A DNA stretch of 64,000 nt from an uncultured Dehalococcoidia bacterium (GTDB lineage: Bacteria > Chloroflexota > Dehalococcoidia > Lucifugimonadales > UBA6927): NCBI GenBank assembly GCA_964637555.1, contig CAZWTJ010000001.1, positions 5,450-69,449 of the forward strand, in the 5' to 3' direction. Under the pieces are notes generated by a model, which did no database searches, had not been told where the DNA came from, and saw nothing but the letters and a program-made list of their open reading frames with translations. Positions 28,010-37,795 of this stretch are shown one piece after another (the stretch's first letter is position 1; every line of letters begins with the position of its first letter). The translations under genes were made by a program, and so were the position numbers.

Positions 28010-29149
28010 ATGATGTCACAGTCTACGAGATCCAAGCCTAATTCGGTAGTCTTTATTCAGTTAACTGGTGGCAATGATGCTCTTAACACTGTCATTCCCT
28101 ATACTGACCAGCATTATTTTGATCATCGCCCGTCAGTTGCTATGGATCCCAATAAAGTACTGAAACTTGATCAAAATTTGGCTTTAAATCCAAACATGGT
28201 AGGTATCAAATCACTGTGGGATCAGGGGAAGGTTGCAATAATTAATGGAATCGGATACCCAAATCCGATTCGTTCACATTTTCGATCTATGGATATTTGG
28301 CACACTGCCGAACCAGAAACAGTGCTCAATGAAGGCTGGTTGGGAAAAGCATCAAGAGCGATAGATCCAAAAGGTGAAAATGCACTTACCAGTATAAATT
28401 TTGGTAGAGGTCTACCTAGGGCTTTATCTGCTCAGGGAGTACCCGTTGCTTCAGTCGGAGATTTATCCACCTACGGATTATTCCCAAATATAAATGACGA
28501 ACATGACAGATCATCTGCATTAAATCTATTCTCTCAAATGTACGGTGGTTCAGGTGCTGATATGGTTCGTGAATTCATTCGCCAAACTGGTGTCGGTGCA
28601 TATCAAGGAGCAGACATTCTAAAAACTGCCCCAGAAAATTATCAATCCAATATTGAATATGCCGATAGTCTAATGGCAAATAGTTTGAAAGATGCCGCAC
28701 AAGTAATGTTTTCAGACTTAGGGACCAGAATTTTCTATACCCAGCGAGGTAGCTTTGACACTCATTCAGGTGAAGTTATTACTCATGCCAATCTTATCCG
28801 AGAAGTTTCCGATGCAGTTTATGATTTCCAATCAGATCTAGATGAACATGATTACGGCTCAACTAATCTGACAGTTATTTTCACCGAATTTGGTCGTAGG
28901 ATTAAAGATAATGGATCTGGTACTGACCATGGTTCTGGTGGTGTAGCTTTTGTTATTGGTGACTCTGTTAATGGTGGACTATACGGTGAATTCCCTTCAC
29001 TTGCTCCAAAAGACCAAGTAGAAGGTGATATGAAATTCAACAATGATTTCCGAAGCACTTATACAACCATTTTGGATGATTGGCTAGATTTAGATGCTCC
29101 AGAAATAGTTAACGGAAATTTCGAAAAAATGGAGTTCTTGAGGAGTTAA
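28010..29149 (+). CDS. DUF1501 family protein (sulfatase/alkaline-phosphatase-like fold), no signal peptide
   Basis: 379 aa with motifs VVFIQLTGGNDALN, GYPNPIRSHFRSMDIW and FTEFGRRIKDNGSGTDHGSGG. GGAGGA SD. An in-frame TAA at 27980-27982 excludes a longer N-terminus. Confidence 0.8.
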   Translation: MMSQSTRSKPNSVVFIQLTGGNDALNTVIPYTDQHYFDHRPSVAMDPNKVLKLDQNLALNPNMVGIKSLWDQGKVAIINGIGYPNPIRSHFRSMDIWHTAEPETVLNEGWLGKASRAIDPKGENALTSINFGRGLPRALSAQGVPVASVGDLSTYGLFPNINDEHDRSSALNLFSQMYGGSGADMVREFIRQTGVGAYQGADILKTAPENYQSNIEYADSLMANSLKDAAQVMFSDLGTRIFYTQRGSFDTHSGEVITHANLIREVSDAVYDFQSDLDEHDYGSTNLTVIFTEFGRRIKDNGSGTDHGSGGVAFVIGDSVNGGLYGEFPSLAPKDQVEGDMKFNNDFRSTYTTILDDWLDLDAPEIVNGNFEKMEFLRS

Positions 29150-29151
29150 TT

Positions 29152-30582
29152 TTGTCTGATCAAAGACGCCTTATCGCCCATTTATTACGCAGATCTGGTT
29201 TTGGGGCTACACAAGATGAAATTGATATTGCATATCAAAACGGATATGACGCGACTCTACGATCGATATTAAACCCAGGTGAATCTTGTCACATCCCTGA
29301 TGACGTAATCCAAAGATATCATTCTGATATGCATGAGTTACGCTACGGCGATTCCTCTGCGGCTTACTGGCTTTACAGAATGATTTCAACTCAAACTCCG
29401 ATCCTAGAAAAAATTGCGCTTTTTTGGCACGGAATTTTCGCTACTGGTTATTCCAAGTTGAACAATGCTAGATCAGTACTTAACCAAATAGATATGTTCA
29501 GAAATTTTGGACTTGGTAAATTTGACAATCTCCTATTGGAACTTTCTAAAGATCCTGCCATGATTATCTGGTTAGACAATCATGACAATCATAATGGTTC
29601 AATAAATGAAAATTTTGGCAGGGAGCTTCTAGAATTATTCTCAATGGGTATTGGTAATTACAGCGAAGATGACATCAAAGAAGCTAGCCGCGCTTTCACT
29701 GGTTGGACTTTGGGAAATATTGAATACATGGCAATGAGGGCGTCAAAGGACTCGATTTGGCCTTACGGAAGAATTGCTTGGCATTTCAACTATGACAAAT
29801 CCGATCATGATGACGGTATCAAAACATTCCTAGATAACACTGGAAATTTCAATGGTGAAGATATTATCACTATAATTTGTGATCAGGAATCAACTGCAAG
29901 GTTTATAGCTAGACATTTATACGATTTTTTCGTCGCTGATGAAGAACCCGTACCTCAGTGGAATTACACTGAACCCAAAAATCCTAAAGCTATTGACGAA
30001 CTAGTGAAAATATATTTTGATTCGGACCACAGTATTTCCGCAATGTTGGAAGCAATTTTCCTGTCAGACTACTTCAAACAATCTGAATTTGCACGGGTTA
30101 AATGTCCAGCCGAAATTGTTGCGGGCACTTTACGCATCAGCGGAAGTATTCAATCACCGTCTGACAAAATTTTCTCCAGTGGGAACATTACTGGATATAT
30201 GGGACAGATGTTGCTTAATCCCCCATCAGTTGAAGGTTGGCACGAAGGTACGGAGTGGATCAACAGTGGCGCACTTGTGGAGAGAGTTAATTTTGCATCT
30301 TCAGAAATTGGTGACATATCAAACCCTGGAATCAATTCTCTCGTTTCACGAATCATTGAATCAATTCAGGTTGCTAAATCTGGTGTCTCATCGGATGAAC
30401 TAATTGATGTTTGCGCTGAATTATTGGGTGCAGCGGAGCTGAGCGATTCAATAAAAGGAACTTTAGTTAACCTTTTAGATTCAGAAGGAACCGTCACTCC
30501 AGAGAATCAAACGGAACTTCAAAATCGAATTGTATATCTTTTGTCTTTCATTTCATCAGCTCCAGAGTTCCAGTTAACCTAA
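29152..30582 (+). CDS. DUF1800 family protein, no signal peptide
   Basis: 476 aa with motifs LLRRSGFGAT, ALFWHGIFAT and NENFGRELLELFSMGIGNYSEDDIKEASRAFTGWT. TTG start 2 nt after the DUF1501 stop, behind a GAGGAG SD. Confidence 0.8.
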   Translation: MSDQRRLIAHLLRRSGFGATQDEIDIAYQNGYDATLRSILNPGESCHIPDDVIQRYHSDMHELRYGDSSAAYWLYRMISTQTPILEKIALFWHGIFATGYSKLNNARSVLNQIDMFRNFGLGKFDNLLLELSKDPAMIIWLDNHDNHNGSINENFGRELLELFSMGIGNYSEDDIKEASRAFTGWTLGNIEYMAMRASKDSIWPYGRIAWHFNYDKSDHDDGIKTFLDNTGNFNGEDIITIICDQESTARFIARHLYDFFVADEEPVPQWNYTEPKNPKAIDELVKIYFDSDHSISAMLEAIFLSDYFKQSEFARVKCPAEIVAGTLRISGSIQSPSDKIFSSGNITGYMGQMLLNPPSVEGWHEGTEWINSGALVERVNFASSEIGDISNPGINSLVSRIIESIQVAKSGVSSDELIDVCAELLGAAELSDSIKGTLVNLLDSEGTVTPENQTELQNRIVYLLSFISSAPEFQLT

Positions 30583-30610
30583 TTCCGAGTATCAACCAGC
30601 AAGAAACAGA

Positions 30611-31642
30611 ATGATGAATCCAATCAATCAAACAACAAATTATGTTAATTATTACAAAACGATCGGAGTCACCTCTAATCAACCAGTTGGAAGAGGGTTT
30701 TCAGCTCCGGTGGATGTATCAATCAATAATCGAACCGATCGAATCTATGTGCTCAATCGTGGCAAACCCGCACTCAACCGAGTTGGGGTTTGCAATATAG
30801 ACGAAGAGTATCTGTTTGAATTTTCTAAAAATGGTACTGCTCCTGGTCAATTTCTCAGAGGTACTGGAATTGCAATCGACAGTCAAAATAATGTTTTTCT
30901 AACCGACGAAGAACTAAATAAGATCATAATCTGGTCAGAAGAAGGGAACTTTATTACACAATGGGGATCATCGGGATCTGCTCCTGGTCAATTAAATGGA
31001 CCTGCAGGTATTGCAATAGATAAATCCGATAACATTTTCATCTCCGATCAAAATAACCACAGAATACAGAAATTCACAACTGATGGAGAATTTTTGGCAG
31101 CATTTGGAACTTTTGGTGATGGTGATGGTGAACTAAATATGCCTTGGGGGATACATATTTCTCCTGATAATCATATCTGGATTGCTGATTGGAGGAACGA
31201 TCGTATCCAAAAATTCACTCTTAGCGGAGAATTTGTTTTGACATTCGGAGAATCCGGATCACAGGCAAACCAATTCTCTCGCCCTTCAGGTGTGGCAGTT
31301 GACAATCAAAACAATGTATTTGTTTCCGATTGGGGTAATGAAAGAGTTCAAATTCTTTCTGGTAATGGCTCTTACATCCAAACACTTCGAGGCGAAGCAA
31401 CTTTATCCAAATGGGCCAATGAATTCCTAGAAGCAAATCTTGATGAAAAAAGCACTCGGGCCATTTCTAATCTAAAACCTGATTTGCCATCACACTTAAA
31501 TTCTCCTTACTTAATTTCTTCACAAACTGAGGAATATTTTTGGAGTCCTACATCAGTAAATCTGGATTCAGAAGGCAAATTATATGTCACTGAGTCTTCC
31601 CGACATCGCATACAAATCTATAAACCTAATAATGTTCAGTAA
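30611..31642 (+). CDS. NHL-repeat six-bladed beta-propeller protein
   Basis: 343 aa. Repeated blades of the form G-x-G-x-G-Q(F/L)-x-x-P-x-G-(I/V)-A-(I/V)-D-x-x-(N/D)-N-(I/V)-F-(I/V)-(S/T)-D-x-x-N-x-R-(I/V)-Q-(K/I)-F. An insertion of about 50 aa sits before the last blade. Confidence 0.8.
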   Translation: MMNPINQTTNYVNYYKTIGVTSNQPVGRGFSAPVDVSINNRTDRIYVLNRGKPALNRVGVCNIDEEYLFEFSKNGTAPGQFLRGTGIAIDSQNNVFLTDEELNKIIIWSEEGNFITQWGSSGSAPGQLNGPAGIAIDKSDNIFISDQNNHRIQKFTTDGEFLAAFGTFGDGDGELNMPWGIHISPDNHIWIADWRNDRIQKFTLSGEFVLTFGESGSQANQFSRPSGVAVDNQNNVFVSDWGNERVQILSGNGSYIQTLRGEATLSKWANEFLEANLDEKSTRAISNLKPDLPSHLNSPYLISSQTEEYFWSPTSVNLDSEGKLYVTESSRHRIQIYKPNNVQ

Positions 31643-31679
31643 ATTTTAAACTACAATTCTTGGATCTTCATGAATATCA

Positions 31680-31708
31680 TTGACGTTTTCAAGAGCAGAT
31701 GCTACACT
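31680..31708 (+). promoter_or_regulatory. Possible sigma-70-like promoter for gltBD
   Basis: TTGACG (31680-31685), 17-nt spacer, TACACT (31703-31708), about 55 nt before ATG 31764. Weak -10 element, so only tentative. Confidence 0.3.
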
Positions 31709-31763
31709 TAGTCTCCGTGCTATAGGGCTTAACGCCAAAAATAAACTAATTAATCAATTCTTT

Positions 31764-34700
31764 ATGAACAAATATAAATCAAATTATTTACCGCAACTCA
31801 AAAAACAAGGTCTTTATGACCCAAGATTTGAACACGATGCATGCGGTGTTGGAATGGTCGCCAACATCAAGGGAGTTGCATCACACTCCATCATTAAACT
31901 TGGATTGGAAAACCTTTGTAGCTTAGAACACAGAGGTGCTATAGGCGCAGATCCAGAAACTGGAGACGGAGCGGGATTGCTGATTCAGATGCCACACGAA
32001 TTTTTCCTGGACCAAATCAGAGGGTTGAATTTCAATCTCCCCAAAAAAGGATCTTATGCGGTAGGAATGATATTTCTTCCGCGCGATAATGATTCAAGAA
32101 CTAAAATACAAACAACAATTGAGAACTTAGTTGCCGAGAACGGTTTAGTTACATTAGGCTGGCGGGATGTTCCTATAAACCCTGATTCTATTGGTGTTTT
32201 GTCACGTTCAGTTATGCCGATTATTAGACAAGTTTTTATAGCTATTGACGAATCGAAATCGCAAAATATCAATTTTGAATTGAAACTTTACGTTACTCGT
32301 AGACAAATAGAAAAATCCATTGAATCCTCAAACTTCATAGGAAAAGAAGACTTCTACGTTTGCACCTTATCATCTAATAAAATTGTGTATAAGGGACTGA
32401 TCACTTCATCGCAACTTGAGGATTTTTATCTTGACTTAAAAAATGATTTGATGACTTCTTCATTTGCAATGGTTCACTCCAGATTCAGCACTAATACGTT
32501 AGGAACATGGAAACTTGCGCATCCCTACAGACACGTAATCCATAATGGTGAAATTAATACTTTGCGTGGCAATATCAACTGGATGAATGCTCGCCAATCA
32601 TCATTCGAAAGTAAAGACTTAGGCGAGGAAATTAAACAACTCCTGCCTATTATCCCGAATGAAATTCAAAGTGACACTGCTTCCTTCGACAACGCGCTTG
32701 AACTTCTCTTGGCAACTGGACGATCTTTACCTCATTCCTTAATGATGATGATACCCGAAGCATGGGGCGAACATTTACCTATGGATAAAGATAAAAAAAG
32801 TTTCTACGAATACCATTCGTCTTTGATGGAGCCTTGGGACGGTCCTGCTTTAATGATTGGCACAGATGGCAACCAGGTTTGCGGTGTACTAGATCGAAAT
32901 GGATTAAGGCCATGTAGATATTTGATAACGACTGATGACCTCCTTGTAATGTCATCAGAGGCCGGAGTTATAGATGTTCCACCTGAAAAAGTATTAATCA
33001 AGGAAAGAATTCGACCTGGAAAAATGTTCTTGTTAGACACTTCAAAAGGAAGATTAATTGATGACGATGAATTGAAATCCTCTTTATCAACCCAGCAGCC
33101 ATACGCAAAATGGCTTGATAAGAATAGAATTTCAATCACTGATCTCCCAAAACCATCTAATTACAAAACTCAGGAACTGAATGAATTGCTGCCTCTTCAA
33201 CAAGTTTTTGGATATACTCAAGAAGATGTGCGTATCACCCTAGAACCTATGGCACGTACCGCATATGAACCCACTGGCTCAATGGGTAACGACACCCCAC
33301 TGGCCGTCCTCTCAAATGAGAATACTTTGTTATTTAATTACTTCAAACAACTTTTTGCACAAGTGAGTAATCCTCCATTAGATGCAATCAGAGAAGAGTT
33401 AATCACCTCATTATCAGCAACTATTGGAGCTGAACAAAATTTGTTCGATGAGACTGAAGATCATTGTAAACAACTTCGATTACCTATTCCTATAATTTCT
33501 AACCAACAGTTAGCACAAATATCCGAACTCAACACTGATTCACTTAACAGCCAAAAAATCAGCACTCTTTTTGAACCAAGTATTGGGTCTCTTCAATCTA
33601 CATTGGAAAAAATTTTTGAGGAAACATCTATAGCTGTTAATCAGGGGAAAACTATTATAATTTTGTCTGATAGAGGTGTTGATACAAATCATGTTCCCAT
33701 CCCCAGTCTTTTGGCTGTTTCTGGTGTACATCATCATTTAATAAGGCAGGGTATACGTAATAAAGTTGGAATAGTCTTGGAATCTGGTGAGCCACGGGAA
33801 GTGTCACATTTCGCTGCCTTAATTAGTTATGGTGCTGGAGCGATTAACCCCTATTTGGCATTGGATACTATTGCAAAACTAGTTAAAGATAATTCCTCTG
33901 ATGCTAACGCATTAACTTATGAAATAGCCGAAACGAACTATTTCCAAGCATCCCGAAAAGGCATTTTGAAAGTCATGTCTAAAATGGGGATTTCTACAAT
34001 CCAAAGTTATCGTGGTGCTCAAATATATGAAGCTTTGGGACTAGATCAATCATTCGTAGACAAATATTTTACTTGGACTCCCTCACGCATAGGTGGGATT
34101 ACAATCGAAACAGTCGAAGCTGATATGCTCTCACGCCACGAAATGGCATTTAGTGACCAAAAGATTACAAACAGTTTGGGTCTAATGGCAGGCGGTTTAT
34201 ACCAATGGCGAAGAGATGGTGAATACCATATGTGGAATCCGGACACAATCGCTAATCTGCAACATGCAACAAAATCGAACGATTGGAGTTCTTACGAAAA
34301 ATTTGCTTCTTCATCCAACTCTTTGAATCGCCAGTTATCAACTATTCGTGGACTTTTAGAATTCAAATTTCTCCAAGAACCAATTCCTTTAGATGAAGTT
34401 GAGCCCGCGTCTGATATCGTTAAACGGTTCGCTACTGGAGCTGTTTCCTTGGGTTCTATTAGTCGAGAAGCTCATGAAACTATGGGAATCGCAATGAATA
34501 GAATTCATGCTCGTTCAAATACTGGTGAAGGCGGAGAGGATTGGAATAGATACAATCTAGATTCCAATGGTGATTCTAGAAACAGTGCAATTAAGCAAGT
34601 TGCTTCAGGACGTTTTGGAGTCACTACAAACTATTTAGCAAATGCTCAAGATCTACAAATTAAAATGGCTCAGGGTTCAAAACCTGGTGAGGGTGGACAA

Positions 34701-36305
34701 CTACCTGGTCATAAAGTTGATGAATATATTGGGTGGGTAAGAAACTCTACTCCGGGGGTAGAATTGATCTCCCCTCCACCACACCACGATATCTATTCAA
34801 TTGAAGATTTAGCACAACTCATTCATGACCTCAAAAACTCCAATCCGGCTGCTAGGATTCATGTCAAACTAGTATCTGAAGCAGGTGTTGGAACTATAGC
34901 TGCAGGAGTATCTAAGGGACATGGTGACGTAGTACTCATTAGTGGAGATAGCGGCGGAACAGGAGCCTCTCCTGAATCATCCATCAAAAATGCGGGACTC
35001 CCATGGGAATTAGGCCTTGCTGAAACCCAACAAGTGTTGGTATTAAATGATCTGCGAAGCAGAATAGTTGTTCAAACTGATGGACAACTTAAGACTGGAC
35101 GTGATGTAGCTGTAGCTTGCCTATTAGGAGCAGAAGAATTTGGCTTTGCCACGGCACCATTAATAACAATGGGATGCATTATGTTGAGAAAATGCCATCT
35201 GAACACCTGCTCAGTTGGGATAGCAACCCAGGACCCTGAATTACGTGCAAAGTTCGCCGGCGAACCTGAGAATCTAATCAACTACTTCTTCTTCATCGCT
35301 GAAGATCTACGTAACATCATGGCTCAACTTGGATTTCGAACAATCAATGAAATGGTAGGAAGAGTTGATCGCCTTGATGGCACCAAAGCAATCAAACATT
35401 GGAAGGCTAAGAATGTTGATTTTTCCAATGTATTACATATGCCCGTTGTCCCAGATTCAGTACTCAGGTACTGCAATACAACTCAAGATCACGGTCTGGA
35501 AAAATCTCTAGATGTTGTGCTACGAGAAAAATGCAGTGAATCAATAGCAACCAAAACACCAATTTCTCTTGAAATGGATATAAATAATGGAAATCGTACC
35601 GTAGGGACAACACTAAGTTACGACATTTCCAAAAAATATGGTGAAGAGGGATTACCTGAAGATACTATAAATATTACTTTTAATGGTTCGACTGGCCAAA
35701 GTTTTGCTGCATTTCTTGCAAAAGGGATAAGTTTAAATGTAAACGGCGACGCCAACGATTATTTTTGTAAAGGTTTATCTGGAGGGAAAGTAGTCATTCA
35801 GCCACCTGCGAATTCTACCTTTATACCCGAAGAAAATATATTGGTAGGAAATGTTGTCCTCTATGGAGCCACTGGAGGGAAAGTTTTCATCCGTGGTGTC
35901 GCAGGAGAACGTTTCGCCGTAAGAAATAGCGGAGCAGAAACAGTGGTCGAGGGACTAGGAGATCATGGATGTGAATACATGACTCGGGGTAAAGTAGTTG
36001 TATTGGGCCCCACGGGTAGAAATTTTGCTGCCGGGATGAGCGGGGGTGAAGCTTTTATATTCGACGAAAATGGTGTTTTCCCTAAAATGTGTAACACTGG
36101 AATGGTAAGTATGGAACCTGTCGTTGAAGAAAAAGATATTGAATCACTATATCATCTAATCAGTGAACACTACGAATCTACAAAAAGTGCAAATGCTAAG
36201 CGGATCTTAGAACAGTGGGATGAACTTTTGCAGAAGTTCGTCAAAGTCATGCCTAATGATTTTAAGCGTGTTCTTCAAGAAAGAGCCCTAGTAGAGAAAG
36301 GTTAA
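31764..36305 (+). CDS. gltB: Glutamate synthase large subunit
   Basis: The N-terminal amidotransferase nucleophile (HDACGVG) follows a short propeptide. FMN and 3Fe-4S regions are present (TGEGGED; CHLNTCSVGIATQDP), as is the C-terminal GXGXG beta-helix. I prefer ATG 31764 (MNKYKSNY...) to the track's TTG at 31680. Confidence 0.97.
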   Translation: MNKYKSNYLPQLKKQGLYDPRFEHDACGVGMVANIKGVASHSIIKLGLENLCSLEHRGAIGADPETGDGAGLLIQMPHEFFLDQIRGLNFNLPKKGSYAVGMIFLPRDNDSRTKIQTTIENLVAENGLVTLGWRDVPINPDSIGVLSRSVMPIIRQVFIAIDESKSQNINFELKLYVTRRQIEKSIESSNFIGKEDFYVCTLSSNKIVYKGLITSSQLEDFYLDLKNDLMTSSFAMVHSRFSTNTLGTWKLAHPYRHVIHNGEINTLRGNINWMNARQSSFESKDLGEEIKQLLPIIPNEIQSDTASFDNALELLLATGRSLPHSLMMMIPEAWGEHLPMDKDKKSFYEYHSSLMEPWDGPALMIGTDGNQVCGVLDRNGLRPCRYLITTDDLLVMSSEAGVIDVPPEKVLIKERIRPGKMFLLDTSKGRLIDDDELKSSLSTQQPYAKWLDKNRISITDLPKPSNYKTQELNELLPLQQVFGYTQEDVRITLEPMARTAYEPTGSMGNDTPLAVLSNENTLLFNYFKQLFAQVSNPPLDAIREELITSLSATIGAEQNLFDETEDHCKQLRLPIPIISNQQLAQISELNTDSLNSQKISTLFEPSIGSLQSTLEKIFEETSIAVNQGKTIIILSDRGVDTNHVPIPSLLAVSGVHHHLIRQGIRNKVGIVLESGEPREVSHFAALISYGAGAINPYLALDTIAKLVKDNSSDANALTYEIAETNYFQASRKGILKVMSKMGISTIQSYRGAQIYEALGLDQSFVDKYFTWTPSRIGGITIETVEADMLSRHEMAFSDQKITNSLGLMAGGLYQWRRDGEYHMWNPDTIANLQHATKSNDWSSYEKFASSSNSLNRQLSTIRGLLEFKFLQEPIPLDEVEPASDIVKRFATGAVSLGSISREAHETMGIAMNRIHARSNTGEGGEDWNRYNLDSNGDSRNSAIKQVASGRFGVTTNYLANAQDLQIKMAQGSKPGEGGQLPGHKVDEYIGWVRNSTPGVELISPPPHHDIYSIEDLAQLIHDLKNSNPAARIHVKLVSEAGVGTIAAGVSKGHGDVVLISGDSGGTGASPESSIKNAGLPWELGLAETQQVLVLNDLRSRIVVQTDGQLKTGRDVAVACLLGAEEFGFATAPLITMGCIMLRKCHLNTCSVGIATQDPELRAKFAGEPENLINYFFFIAEDLRNIMAQLGFRTINEMVGRVDRLDGTKAIKHWKAKNVDFSNVLHMPVVPDSVLRYCNTTQDHGLEKSLDVVLREKCSESIATKTPISLEMDINNGNRTVGTTLSYDISKKYGEEGLPEDTINITFNGSTGQSFAAFLAKGISLNVNGDANDYFCKGLSGGKVVIQPPANSTFIPEENILVGNVVLYGATGGKVFIRGVAGERFAVRNSGAETVVEGLGDHGCEYMTRGKVVVLGPTGRNFAAGMSGGEAFIFDENGVFPKMCNTGMVSMEPVVEEKDIESLYHLISEHYESTKSANAKRILEQWDELLQKFVKVMPNDFKRVLQERALVEKG

Positions 36306-36306
36306 T

Positions 36307-37755
36307 ATGGGAAAACCAACCGGATTTAAAGAATACAACAGGGTTGCTCCGCCTAGGGAGGATCCAAACAACCGCATTTCTCATTTCAAGGAGTTTTACG
36401 GCAATTGGACCCTGCAAGATTCTCAAAATCAGGGTGCGAGATGTATGAATTGTGCCGTTCCGTTCTGTCATTCTGGCTGTCCTCTTGGGAATTTAATTCC
36501 TGATTTCAATGATGCTGTTTATAGGAATGAATGGAAAGAAGCGCTTACCATTTTACACTCTACCAACAATTTCCCAGAATTCACTGGGAGATTATGCCCT
36601 GCCCCATGTGAATCATCCTGTGTTTTAAATATAAATCAAGATCCAGTGGCAATTGAATACATAGAAAAAGCTATTGTAGACAAAGGATGGGAAGAAGGCT
36701 GGATAGAACCTTCTCCTCCGCAACATAGAACTGGAAAGAAAATAGCGGTCGTAGGGTCTGGCCCGTCTGGGCTTGCTGCAGCACAACAACTTAATCGCGC
36801 CGGCCATTCAGTAACTGTGCTTGAAAGATCTGAATATATTGGTGGACTTTTAAGACTTGGTATACCTGATTTCAAAATGGAAAAGTCTGTTGTAGACAGG
36901 CGTGTCAAACAAATGCAATCAGAGGGAATATCATTCCAAACAAGTATGGATGTTGGAAATGACATTTCTGGTCAAGAGCTATTGGATAATTATGATTCTG
37001 TGTTATTAACAATTGGTTCAACAATTCCAAGAGATTTAAACATCCCGGGCAGAGACCTTCAGGGTGTACACTTTGCAATGGAGTTTTTAACTCAACAAAA
37101 TCGTGTCAATTCTGGCCAAATCATTCCTTCTTCAGACAGGATCAGTGCCGAGGGCAAAAGAGTGCTGATTTTGGGAGGAGGAGACACGGGATCTGATTGT
37201 TTGGGAACAGCAATTCGCCAAGGTGCCGAAATTGTATACCAATACGAACTTGTATCTGAACCACCTGAAGAAAGAAGATCTTCTAATCCCTGGCCCGACT
37301 GGCCATTGATTCTAAGAACCTCCACATCTCAAGAAGAAGGAGGAGAACGCGATTACGATATCTTAACATCCAAATTTACTGGAAATAACAAGATTGAGAA
37401 AATGTATGCTCAAAAAGTTTCCTGGGGGCCTCCTGACGAAACAGGTCGTCCAAAAATGTCCCCCCTTAGTGGCAGTGAATTTGAAATGGATGTCGATCTA
37501 GTACTTCTTGCAATGGGATTCATCCACCCTCAACATGAAGGGATTGTCAACGAACTTGGGCTAGAATTAGATCCTCGTGGCAATATTTTAACTAACGAAA
37601 ATAAATCAACCAGCGTCCCGAATGTTTTCTCAGCTGGTGATTCCTCAAGAGGACAATCATTAGTAGTTTGGGCACTTGCTGAAGGAAGAGAAGTTGCTCG
37701 CCAAATTGACTTAAGCCTCATGGGTAAAACACAAATAAGACCAGTACTTCAATAA
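36307..37755 (+). CDS. gltD: Glutamate synthase small subunit (NAD(P)H-dependent)
   Basis: 482 aa. Fe-S Cys clusters (CMNCAVPFCHSGCPLGN; CPAPCESSC) and a dinucleotide fold (VVGSGPSGLAAAQQL). Starts 1 nt after the gltB stop. Confidence 0.95.
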   Translation: MGKPTGFKEYNRVAPPREDPNNRISHFKEFYGNWTLQDSQNQGARCMNCAVPFCHSGCPLGNLIPDFNDAVYRNEWKEALTILHSTNNFPEFTGRLCPAPCESSCVLNINQDPVAIEYIEKAIVDKGWEEGWIEPSPPQHRTGKKIAVVGSGPSGLAAAQQLNRAGHSVTVLERSEYIGGLLRLGIPDFKMEKSVVDRRVKQMQSEGISFQTSMDVGNDISGQELLDNYDSVLLTIGSTIPRDLNIPGRDLQGVHFAMEFLTQQNRVNSGQIIPSSDRISAEGKRVLILGGGDTGSDCLGTAIRQGAEIVYQYELVSEPPEERRSSNPWPDWPLILRTSTSQEEGGERDYDILTSKFTGNNKIEKMYAQKVSWGPPDETGRPKMSPLSGSEFEMDVDLVLLAMGFIHPQHEGIVNELGLELDPRGNILTNENKSTSVPNVFSAGDSSRGQSLVVWALAEGREVARQIDLSLMGKTQIRPVLQ

Positions 37756-37795
37756 ATTCAATTTTTGATAATTAAACTTTAGATTTAGGAAAAAA

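Noticed and set aside
30017-30403. A same-strand alternative-frame ORF (128 aa) inside the DUF1800 gene.
   Set aside because: It is fully embedded in a motif-rich frame, with no SD and a nonsense-like translation.
31643-31763. A glutamine (glnA-type) riboswitch or other structured leader upstream of gltB. Also the TTG 31680 start, which would add 28 residues to GltB.
   Set aside because: I could not find the conserved glnA-motif segments, only a weak 5/6-bp pairing. The N-terminal extension has no SD and would lengthen the propeptide before the Cys nucleophile. ATG 31764 is preferred.
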